A DNA stretch of 64,000 bases from an uncultured delta proteobacterium (GTDB lineage Bacteria; Desulfobacterota; RBG-13-43-22): positions 32,001 through 96,000 of the forward strand of contig CAWDKY010000053.1 in NCBI GenBank assembly GCA_963802945.1, in the 5' to 3' direction. The translations under genes and the position numbers were made by a program. Shown here in pieces: positions 50,717 through 60,915 of this stretch; within the stretch, counting starts at the first letter, position 1; every line of letters begins with the position of its first letter. The notes beneath the pieces were generated by a model that was not told where the DNA came from, did not search any database, and saw only the letters and a program-made list of their open reading frames with translations.

Positions 50717-51271
50717 ATGGAAGAAAAATCCGTAATTCCAATTGGCCGAATCGAAAATATGATCCTCTTTATTCGGAATCAAAAAGTAATTTTAGACAGC
50801 AACCTGGCTCAGCTCTATGGAGTTACAACCGGAAATTTAAATAAGGCGGTAAAACGCAATCTGGATCGATTTCCCAAGGATTTTATGTTCCAATTAACCC
50901 AGGAGGAATATAAATCTCTAAGATTCCAAATTGGAATCTTAGAGAAAGGGCGACATACGAAATATCTACCCTACGCCTTTACCGAGCAGGGTGTGGCTAT
51001 GCTTTCCGGTGTATTAAACAGCCCAAAGGCCGTACAGGTCAACATTGAGATAATGCGGGCTTTTGTCCGGTTAAGACAGATGCTTTTAACCCATACTGAA
51101 CTGGCCCGGAAACTCGAGACCCTGGAGAAAAAGTACGATGCTCAGTTTAAGGTAGTCTTTGATGCCCTGCGGGCTTTAATGTCCCCGCCTGTTAAGCCCA
51201 AGAGAAAGATCGGCTTCGATCTCAAGGAAAAGCAGGTCCGGTATGGCAAAAAGAGTCATTCGGGAAAATAG
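50717..51271 (+). CDS. ORF6N-domain DNA-binding protein
   Basis: [16 protein letters not shown]...[30 protein letters not shown]. Confidence 0.92.
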   Translation: MEEKSVIPIGRIENMILFIRNQKVILDSNLAQLYGVTTGNLNKAVKRNLDRFPKDFMFQLTQEEYKSLRFQIGILEKGRHTKYLPYAFTEQGVAMLSGVLNSPKAVQVNIEIMRAFVRLRQMLLTHTELARKLETLEKKYDAQFKVVFDALRALMSPPVKPKRKIGFDLKEKQVRYGKKSHSGK

Positions 51272-51400
51272 GAGTTGTTGACTTTAACGAATTGATATAT
51301 TCTAAATTATTCGTTCAAATGAAAGGCATAGGAGTTTAACCCCTTGAACCCTAGAATCCCCCTAAGCTCGTCGCAGGTCCTTGAATCCTGTTTTTCTGTT

Positions 51401-51564
51401 AAGTCTGGTCCATGAAGCAGTCCGACAAGACCCCATTTTTTGAAAAGGAGATGGGGTTTTTTATTGTGGGGTGTATGATAAAAGGGAGTAGAATGTTCGG
51501 GTCAAATCAAAAACAATCGGACAAATGGGGGAAAATAAGTTGTTTCAAAACTACCGTCCCCTCC
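51401..51564 (+). repeat. Defence-island leader repeat, copy 2
   Basis: Same core, plus a ~100-bp extension shared with copy 3. Confidence 0.85.
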
Positions 51565-51638
51565 TGGAATCTTTCTTCTTTTAACTGGAACAAAAATATA
51601 CTTTACAATTAGACGGCTATCTGTAAAATATAATTATT

Positions 51639-52768
51639 ATGATAAGACGCCCTTTTTGGATTCATCGGATTGAAAAGGCTTGGGACAAGCGGTCTATCGT
51701 CTGGTTGTCAGGAGTCCGCCGGGTGGGAAAGACTACCTTGGCTAAAATGTTTCCAAAAGCTGTCTTTCAAAATTGTGATCTTCCTTCAGTTAATCGCAGA
51801 CTTGAAGATCCTGAATTGTTTTATGACGGTTTGGAACCGGGGACTATAGTCATCTTTGACGAAATCCATCGATTGAAAGACCCGAGCCTGTTGTTAAAAA
51901 TCGCCGCAGACGCCTATCCTCAATTTAGAATCCTGGCCACCGGATCTTCTACCTTGGCCGCCACCCAAAAATTCAGGGATAGTCTGGCCGGCAGAAAACA
52001 AATGATTTATCTTACACCCGTACTCTGGCGGGAATGTCTGGAAGAATTCGGCATCAAAAAATTAGACCACCGTCTTCTGATGGGAGGGCTTCCTGAACCC
52101 CTTTTGTCGATCAATAAAGACCCTCATTTTTTTCCGAATGGATGGACAGTTTTTATGCCCGAGATATTCAAGAGTTGTTCGGCATCCGCAATCGATCCGG
52201 TTTTATGAGTTTGTTGCAGTTGGTGATGAGGCAGAGCGGCAGTCTGATCGATTATTCGAATCTGGCCAAATTGAGCGATCTTAGCCGACCTACGGTCAAA
52301 TCCCATATCGAAGCCATGAGTATTGCCCATGCCTTGTTTTTACTCCCCCCCTTTCATGGAGGGGGCAGGCGGGAAATCATCCGGAGACCTAAGGGCTATA
52401 CTTTTGATACCGGCTTTGTTGTTTTTATAAAGGGATGGGACAGTATTCGGGAGGAAGACCGGGGATTTTTATGGAAGCATCTTGTCCTTGATGAACTGCG
52501 GACCATTTTCGACGACCGCAATCTCTATTTTTGGAGGGATAAATCCGGCCGGGAAGTGGATTTTGTGATAAAGGGTTCCGGGCAGCGGGTTGACGCCATT
52601 GAATGCAAAATTAACCCGGATAAATTTAGCCCGGATGATTTGGCTGTTTTCCGGTCAATATATTCTGAAGGCAGGAATTGGGTCCTATCCCCGGCGATAA
52701 AAACTGGTTATCAAAGACGATACGGGAAAATGCTGGTCCAATTCTCTTCATTGATGGATTCACATTAA
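51639..52768 (+). CDS. AAA_14 / DUF4143 ATPase, frameshift in a T-run near 52130
   Basis: GVRRVGKT, FDEIH, ATGSS, GGLPE; C-terminal WRDKSGREVDF..IECK. Confidence 0.85.
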
Positions 52769-52876
52769 TTGATTATCAGTTTTAAAGATGAAGCTAATAG
52801 GCATCAGCTTACAGCATTCAGCCTAAATCTTATAAGTTTTTCCCTGAACGCTGATCGCTGACAGCTCATAAAATGA

Positions 52877-53039
52877 AAGGCTGGTCCATGAAGCAGTCCA
52901 CCGAGACCCCATTTTTAAGAAAAGAGATGGGGTTTTTGTTTTGGGGCGGATGATAAAAGGGAGTAGAATAATAGGATTAAATCAAAATCAATAAGACAAA
53001 TGGGGGAAAATAAGTTGGTTTAGAACCAACGCCCCCTCC
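52877..53039 (+). repeat. Defence-island leader repeat, copy 3
   Basis: aaggctggtccatgaagcagtcc..gaccccat..atggggttttt..tgataaaagggagtagaat..gacaaatgggggaaaataagttg. Confidence 0.85.
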
Positions 53040-53068
53040 AACACCAATTAATTCTGAATAGAGACATA

Positions 53069-54684
53069 ATGCCTAAAGTCAAGAAAGCAAACCAGAAGAA
53101 TAATAAACAGGAATCCATTGAGGCGACACTCTGGCAAGCTGCGGATAAACTGCGCAAGAACATGGATGCCGCGGAATATAAGCATGTGGTCCTTGGCTTG
53201 ATATTTCTCAAATACATATCCGATGCCTTTGAAGTCCTGCATTCCAAACTGGTGAAAGGCAAGGGCGAATATGAAGGGGCCGACCCGGAAGACCCGAACG
53301 AATACACCGCCGAAAAGGTTTTCTTTGTTCCCGCCTGTCGCCCGATGGAAACCCATTTCCGATAACGCCAAGAAGACCGAAATCCTGCTCGAAAACGGCA
53401 AGAAAGTTGATATCGGCGGATATGTCGATGAAGCCATGGAAGCCATTGAACGCCAGAACCTTTCTCTCAAAGGCGTTCTTCCCAAGGTTTACGCCCGTCA
53501 GAACCTTGACCGGGCAAGCTTGGGCGGTCTCATCGACCTTGTCGGCACGATTGCCCTTGGCACCGAAGAGGCAAAAAGCAAGGACGTGCTCGGCCAGGTG
53601 TATGAATATTTCCTCGGGCAATTTGCCCTTGCCGAGGGGAAAAAGGGCGGACAGTTCTATACCCCCAGAAGCGTTGTCAAGCTGCTGGTTGAAATGCTCG
53701 AACCATACGAAGGCCGCGTGTTCGACCCCTGCTGCGGTTCGGGCGGCATGTTTGTTCAGAGCGAGAAGTTTATCGCAGCTCACCAGGACCATTATAAAAA
53801 GAAGGAGCAACGGCAGTCAGCCTCAATCCCGCCGACCTGATCTCCATTTACGGGCAGGAGTCCAACCAGACCACCTGGCGTCTTGCCAAAATGAACCTTG
53901 CCATTCGCGGGATCGACAGCTCCAATATCAAATGGAACAATGAAGGCTCGTTTCTCAATGACGCGCACAAAGACCTGAAGGCCGACTTCATCATTGCCAA
54001 TCCGCCCTTCAACGATTCCGACTGGTCGGGCGATCTCTTAAAAGATGACGCCCGCTGGAAGTATGGCGTCCCGCCCTGCCGGCAATGCCAATTATGCCTG
54101 GATTCAGCACTTCATCTATCACATGTCGCCTACTAAGGCATGGCAGGCTTTGTGCTTGCCAAGGGTTCGCTTACTTCCAAAACCAACGGTGAAGGCGAAA
54201 CACGGAAAGCCATTATCGAAGCAGGACTCCTTGACTGCATCGTCAATCTTCCGGCAAAACTCTTTCTGAATACGCAGATACCCGCCTGCCTCTGGTTTTT
54301 GTCGCGCAGGAAAGAAGGCCGTCTGGACAAAGTTTTATTTATCGACGCCCGCAATCTCGGTTATCTGATTAACCGCCGCACAAAAGATTTTACCGATGAA
54401 GACATTGCCAGAATAGCCGATACCTATCACCACTGGCACAACAAGAACAAGACAGTATGAAGATATTCCCGGTTTCTGCAAATCCGTCTCGCTCGATGAA
54501 ATCAGGGAAAAAGATTACGTGCTCACGCCGGGCCGCTATATCGGCCTGCCGGAAGATGAGGATGATTTTGATTTTGCCGAACGATTTGGAAAGCTCAAAA
54601 CAGAGCTTGGAAGAGCAGATGAAAGAGGAGGAAAGACTTAACAGGCTGATTTTGGAAAATCTGAAAAAGGTAAAGCCTTTATGA
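53069..54684 (+). CDS. hsdM: Type I R-M methyltransferase HsdM, several frameshifts in this sequence
   Basis: [31 protein letters not shown] and LTPGRYIG spread over successive frames. Confidence 0.88.
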
Positions 54685-54830
54685 ACGGAAACGCGCTGAT
54701 AAGAAATAAAGAAAGCCAGCTTACTGAAGAAGAGGTAGAACGTATGGTATCGCAAAATGCGATACCTTCAAAATAGTCGCTGGGTGGCTCTATACTCTGA
54801 TTATTGAGAATTTTCGAAAGGTGAAAATCA

Positions 54831-55766
54831 ATGGCTAAATACGAAATCATGAAGAATGACGACATTCAAAGCCGTATTTATGCCATCCGCAATGTTCAGG
54901 TTATGCTGGATAGTGACTTGGCAAGACTTTACGGTGTTGAGACCAAGGTATTGAATCAGGCAGTCAAAAGAAACATTGAGAGATTTCCGCAAGAATTCAG
55001 CTTTCAACTCACCGCCGAAGAAAGAAATTTTCTAAGGTCACAATTTGTGACCTTAGCCGGCGAGACGAACTTGAAGTCACAAATTGTGACTTCAAGTTGG
55101 GGTGGCAGACGAAAAGCTCCCTATGCATTTACCGAGCAAGGTGTGGCCATGCTTTCCGGGGTTCTGAAAAGCGCTAAGGCTGTTCAGATAAGCATTCAGA
55201 TTATCAATGCCTTTGTAGCCATGCGCCGGTTTATCGCATCTAATGCAGAGGTATTTCAACGTCTTGATGTGGTGGAAAGGAAACAGATCGAGCACAAAGC
55301 GGATACTGATCATAAATTTGAACAGATTTTTAATGCCATTGAAGAACGAAGTATCAAACCAAAACAAGGCATTTTTTTCGATGGGCAGATTTTTGATGCC
55401 TATCAATTTGTCTCCGATCTGATTCGCACCGCCCGAAAATCAATTGTCTTGATTGACAATTATATCGATGATGCGGTTTTAACCTTGCTTTCCAAGGCTG
55501 ACAGGAAAGTGAGGATTACTATTTTGACCAGGACCATTTCCAAACAACTTGCTCTGGATGTGAAAAAATATAACGAACAATACCCGGCAATCACGATAAA
55601 GGAGTTTCACAACTCTCACGACAGATTTTTCATTATTGACGGCAAAACTGTTTATCATTTCGGAGCATCCTTAAAAGACCTGGGCAAGAAATGGTTCGCC
55701 TTTTCCCGATTCGATAAAGACGCTTTCAGGCTTCTGGAAAGACTGGAGGGGGTTATCGGTGAGTAG
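54831..55766 (+). CDS. ORF6N protein with a C-terminal PLD-like domain
   Basis: ORF6N N-terminus; C-terminal LIDNYID, HDRFFIID, GASLKDLGKK. Confidence 0.8.
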   Translation: MAKYEIMKNDDIQSRIYAIRNVQVMLDSDLARLYGVETKVLNQAVKRNIERFPQEFSFQLTAEERNFLRSQFVTLAGETNLKSQIVTSSWGGRRKAPYAFTEQGVAMLSGVLKSAKAVQISIQIINAFVAMRRFIASNAEVFQRLDVVERKQIEHKADTDHKFEQIFNAIEERSIKPKQGIFFDGQIFDAYQFVSDLIRTARKSIVLIDNYIDDAVLTLLSKADRKVRITILTRTISKQLALDVKKYNEQYPAITIKEFHNSHDRFFIIDGKTVYHFGASLKDLGKKWFAFSRFDKDAFRLLERLEGVIGE

Positions 55767-56943
55767 CGGTTGGAAGGAGTGTAAGCTGGGGGATACAGGT
55801 AAAGTAGTTACAGGTAAAACACCGTCAAAAGACAATCCTGAAGATTGGGGTAGTGATATTCTTTTCATAACACCATCAGATTATAAGGATTATGGAAAAA
55901 AAGCATATTCCAGCATAAGAAAGCTTTCCGAAATTGGTACAGAAAGGCAAAAAAGCAGATTACTTCCTCCTTTATCTGTCTTAGTGACATGTATTGGTTC
56001 AGACATGGGTAAAAGTGTTGTTAATGCAGTGCCATGTGTCACCAATCAGCAAATTAACGCGATTATTCCAAATAAATCTGTTGTAAACGAAGACTATCTT
56101 TACTACCTCACCGTTGATTTATACGAAACATTACGTAGTCTTGGCGGTGATGGTACGGCCGTTCCTATCTTAAACAAGACTGATTTTGAAAATATCGATA
56201 TCCTTTTTCCTCCTCTCCCCGAACAGCGCGCCATTGCTGGTGTGCTTTCCAGCCTTGACGACAAGATTGATCTTCTGCACCGGCAGAACAAAACGCTGGA
56301 AGGAATGGCCGAGGCCATCTGGCGGAAGATGTTTGTGGAAGAGGCGGATCCAAAATGGAAGGCGGGGCCTTTAAGTGATTATGTTGAAGTAATTGACAAT
56401 AGAGGTAAAACACCTCCATTTATTGAAACGGAAACAAATTATCCAATTATCGAAGTTAATGCCTTAACAGGCATGGGAAGATTGGTCAATTATACTGCGA
56501 TAAGAAAATATGTAACTGAAGAAACTTACAATACTTGGTTTAGATCTGGTCATCCTAAAATCAACGATACTCTTATTTCTACTGTCGGGAGCGTAGGCGA
56601 AATGTCAATGTTCCTTATTGAAAAAGGCACTATTGCACAAAACGTAGTGGCATTAAGAGCAACACACACATCTCCTTTTTATCTGTATCAGTATTTAAGA
56701 TATTTTCAGAATGATATTAAAGAATATGATATCGGATCTGTGCAACCAAGCATTAAGGTGACACATTTTGTAAAAATGGATTTAATGCAACCAGATGATG
56801 AAAAGCTAAAAATATTTGATATAAAAATGCATATATTCACTGACAAAATCATCGTTAATTCAGTTCAAATCAGCACGCTCTCTCGCCTCCGCGACACGCT
56901 TCTTCCAAAGCTCATGTCCGGCGAAGTGAGGGTGAAGTTATGA
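55759..56943 (+). CDS. hsdS: Type I R-M specificity subunit HsdS
   Basis: Two AT-rich TRDs; PPLPEQRAIA..LDDKI; LRDTLLPKLMSGE. Confidence 0.93.
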   Translation: MSSGWKECKLGDTGKVVTGKTPSKDNPEDWGSDILFITPSDYKDYGKKAYSSIRKLSEIGTERQKSRLLPPLSVLVTCIGSDMGKSVVNAVPCVTNQQINAIIPNKSVVNEDYLYYLTVDLYETLRSLGGDGTAVPILNKTDFENIDILFPPLPEQRAIAGVLSSLDDKIDLLHRQNKTLEGMAEAIWRKMFVEEADPKWKAGPLSDYVEVIDNRGKTPPFIETETNYPIIEVNALTGMGRLVNYTAIRKYVTEETYNTWFRSGHPKINDTLISTVGSVGEMSMFLIEKGTIAQNVVALRATHTSPFYLYQYLRYFQNDIKEYDIGSVQPSIKVTHFVKMDLMQPDDEKLKIFDIKMHIFTDKIIVNSVQISTLSRLRDTLLPKLMSGEVRVKL

Positions 56944-59900
56944 CTGCCTTTACCGAATCCGAAATAGAAGTCTTCTCTCTTGACGAACTCAAGCAGCAGG
57001 GCTTTTCCTACATCCCCGGTCCATCTATTGCGCCCGATGCTGAAGCAACCCAATATTTCCTGGTAGCTGAATCCGGGGCTCCATACGGCCTACCGGAAAA
57101 ACGAGCCGCTTATGCCGACGTTGTTCTGAAATATACCCTGGAACAGGCCATCAACCGCCTCAATCCTACTTTGCCTGTCTCGGCCCGCCAGGAAGCACTG
57201 AAAGCGGTACTATCCGTCTTTTCTCCCCAGCTTATTGATGCGAACGAAGCCTTCCATAAAATGCTTGCTGAAGGTGTTCCGGTTACCGTACAGAAGGACG
57301 GACAGGAACGGGGCGAGCGGGTCTGGCTGGTTGATTTTCAAAACCCGGAGAATAATGTTTTCTTCGCCATAAATCAGTTTACCGTCATTGAACATAACCA
57401 GAACAAACGCCCTGACGTGATCCTCTTTGTAAACGGTTTGCCGCTGGTAGTGATCGAGCTTAAAAACCCGGCAGATGAACAGGCCACCGTCCGAAAAGCC
57501 TACGATCAGATACAGACCTACAAAATCGTTATCCCATCGCTCTTTTTCTACAATGCTTTTTGCGTCATCTCCGATGGGTTGGAAGCCAAGGCAGGGACCA
57601 TCTCATCTGCCTTCAGCCGGTTTCAGACATGGAAAACCATTGACGGTAAAAAGGAATCCTCCCCCCATGTAAGCCAGCTTGAAGTGCTCATCAAAGGCAT
57701 GCTGAACAAGGCAACGCTCCTCGATCTGATACGGAACTTCATCGTATTTGAAAAAGACAAAAAGACAGATACCAAAACCGGCCTTACCCAGATTGAGACC
57801 GTGAAAAAGATCGCTGCCTACCACCAGTATCATGCGGTGAATAAGGCCGTAGAAAGCACTGCGTCTGGCCGCAACCGCAGAAGGGACAGCCGCAAGGCCG
57901 GCGTAGTTTGGCACACTCAAGGCTCTGGGAAAAGCCTTTCCATGGTATTTTACGCGGGAAAACTGATCCATAATCTGGATAACCCGACCATTGTGGTTAT
58001 TACCGACCGGAATGATCTCGACCAGCAGCTTTTTGATACCTTTGCCGCATCAACAAGCCTGCTCGGCCAGCCTCCGGTGCAGGCGGAATCGCGGGAGCAT
58101 TTGAAATCCCTTCTCAAAGTGGCCTCCGGGCGGGATTGTGTTTACCACCATTCAGAAGTTTTTCCCGGAGAATGATAGCTCTGCCTATGACCGGCTGTCC
58201 GAACGCCGTAATATTATCGTTATCGCCGATGAAGCGCATCGTACGCAATACGGGTTTAAGGCAAAGCTGATTGATACGAAGGACGATACGGGCAAGCCGA
58301 ACGGAAAGCGTCTTGCCTATGGATTTGCCAAGTATCTGCGGGACGCTGTCCCCAATGCGACCTTTATCGGTTTTACCGGCACGCCGGTCGAAAGCACCGA
58401 TATTAACACTCCGGCGGTATTCGGCAATTATATTGACATATATGATGTCGCCCAGGCCGTGGAAGACGGCGCCACGGTAAAGATATACTACGAAAGCCGT
58501 CTGGCTAAAGTCAACCTGACGGCAGAAGGCCGGAAACTGATAGAAGAATTTGAAAAAGAAATGACCGATGACGGTGCTTCGGAAACCCAGAAGGCCAAAG
58601 CCAAATGGACGAAACTGGAAGCCATTGTCGGTCATCCTGAGCGGCTGAAGAATCTTGCGCAGGGATATCATTGCTCATTACGAAAAGCGGGCAGAGGTTT
58701 TTGACGGCAAGGCCATGATCGTCACCATGAGCCGCCGCATAGCAGTCGCTCTTTATGGAGAAATCATTGCCCTGAGGCCTCAGTGGCACAAGTGAAGACC
58801 TGAAAGAGGGGGCGCTGAAAGTCGTTATGACTTCTTCCTCTTCCGATAAAATGGAATTCGACCCGGAAGACCCGGATAGCCTGGTGATTCCTGCATATCA
58901 CCGGACAAATAAAGAAAGCCGCCGCGTGCTCTCCGACCGGATGAAAGACCCGCAGGACTCTTTGAAGCTGGTTATTGTGCGGGATATGTGGCTGACCGGC
59001 TTTGATGTCCCCTGCCTGCATACGCTCTATATTGACAAGCTGATGAAAGGGCATACCCTCATGCAGGCCATTGCACGGGTGAACCGTGTCTTCATGGACA
59101 AACCCGGCGGACTTGTCGTCGACTACATCGGGATCGGCAATGCACTCAAAGAGGCCCTTGCTTTCTATTCCAACTCCGGCGGGAAAGGCGATCCGGCAGA
59201 GACACAGGCAAAAGCGCTTGAAATGCTGCTTGAAAAGATGGAAGTCGTGCGCCAGATGTTTCATGGGTTTGATTATATGCGCTTTTTCAGTGTCGGGACT
59301 TCCGAACGGCTCTCTATCATCCTTCAAGCCGAGGAATTCATTCTTGCACTAGAACAAGGTAAGGACCGCTTTATCAAGGAGTCCACCGCGCTTTCACAGC
59401 TTTTTGCCTTGGCCGTACCGCATGAAGACGCCCTTGCTTTGACCGATGAAATCGCCTTCTTCCAGTCCGTCCGGGCACGGCTCCTCAAGTTTGAAGGCGA
59501 TGGTGATGACGGCGATAAAAAGAATTATGAATCCGCTATCCGACAGATCGTTAATCAGGCCGTAGAATCAACCGAAGTTGTGGATATCTTTGACGCGGCC
59601 GGAATGAAAAAGCCGGAAATTTCATTGCTCTCTGAAGAATTCCTTCAGGAAGTGAAAGAGATGAAGCATAAAAACCTCGGCATTGAACTCTTGAAAAAGA
59701 TTCTCAATGATGAAATCAAGGTACGGCTTAAATTCAATATCACCGAAGGGAAGAACCTTCTGGATATGCTTGAGGCATCGATCAAGAAGTACCAGAACAA
59801 TCTTTTAACAACGGCTGAAATAATCGAGGAATTACTGGAAATCGCCAGGAAGATACGGACCGTAGACGGCTTGGCGGAAAAGCTGAAATTAACGAAGGAT

Positions 59901-60176
59901 GAATTCGCCTTCTATACTGCATTGGAAGTCAATGACAGCGCGGTAAAGATACTGGGCGATGAAACACTGAAAAATATTGCCCGTGAAATTGCCGATAAAG
60001 TGCGAAAGAATGCGACGATTGACTGGGCCATGAAAGAAAGCGCCAGGGCAAAACTCATGGTCATCGTGAGACGGACTTTGAATAAATACGGATATCCGCC
60101 GGACAAACAGCAAAAAGCCGTTGATACCGTGCTCAAACAGGCTGAAGTACTGGCGGATTATTGGGTGGAACAGTAA
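56940..60176 (+). CDS. hsdR: Type I R-M endonuclease HsdR, about three frameshifts in this sequence
   Basis: [41 protein letters not shown]. Confidence 0.9.
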
Positions 60177-60353
60177 GGCATTGGGGCAGGTCTATAATCT
60201 TGCACATTATAGCGAATTAAGACAGAACATCGGGGCGGGCTATTGATTTTTAAAAAATCGGGATGAATTTGAAGTTATGCCATTTTCAAACAACATCCAT
60301 CAGACTGCCTGATGATATTATTTTCTTTGGATGTGCACAGGCAATAAATATAA

Positions 60354-60406
60354 AAATCGGGGGACACCACACTAATTTCTTAGTGAATGGTCGGGGGTCA
60401 AGCCAG
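60354..60406. repeat. 53-bp direct repeat, copy 1 (a partial third copy follows at 60410-60434)
   Basis: aaatcgggggacaccacactaatttcttagtgaatggtcgggggtcaagccag. Confidence 0.9.
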
Positions 60407-60608
60407 CTAAAATCGGGGGACACTATACTAATTTATTAACGCTACCTTGTTAGTAAAGAGAATATTGGATTGGATCAGGTAGCGAATCTTGCCAATTACA
60501 AAGGCGTGACGTTCATGAATTAATTGAATTGGTATTTTATGGCCCGAATAGAATTTAAAGACATCAAGGACGGTCAGGCTCATCAATTCGGTTTTTAGAA
60601 AGAAAAAC

Positions 60609-60873
60609 GTGCTGTATTTTGCTTACGGTTCAAATATGGATATTGATCAGATGCTTGATAGATGTCCCGATGCAAAGCGGGTTGAAGTTGGAATACTCTC
60701 AGGGTGGGAGTTTCGCATTAATTCGCTTGGGGTCGCCACGATAGTGCCCTCAAAACATAGGACCATGGGGTTCTGTGGGAGTTGTCTGCCTCAGATGAGA
60801 AGACGCTCGATTGGTACGAGGGTGTGGCGCTCAATTTATACAAGAAGCATAGGAAGACAATATTACTCCCTTG
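60609..60873 (+). pseudogene. Gamma-glutamylcyclotransferase-like fragment
   Basis: YFAYGSNM..RCP; LDWYEG lies in a shifted frame; truncated. Confidence 0.65.
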
Positions 60874-60915
60874 AACCCTGTTCGATCTTTAACCATCTTT
60901 CTTTTCAACCGCAAA

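Noticed and set aside
51412-51612. MKQSDKTPFFEKE leader peptide in the repeat
   Set aside because: Copies 1 and 2 differ synonymously at first, but an indel shifts the frame, copy 3 has missense changes, the stops differ and there is no clear RBS.
50596-53039. Repeats as a CRISPR array
   Set aside because: Copies are 0.8-1.5 kb apart and separated by genes; no cas genes; no regular repeat-spacer period anywhere in the window.
55759-56943. Phase-variable hsdS shufflon
   Set aside because: Single hsdS, with no silent TRD copies, invertase or flanking inverted repeats seen.
53069-60176. Programmed frameshifting or SSR phase variation in hsdM/hsdR
   Set aside because: The shifts are numerous, scattered and not at long repeats or canonical slippery sites; sequencing error is the simpler explanation.
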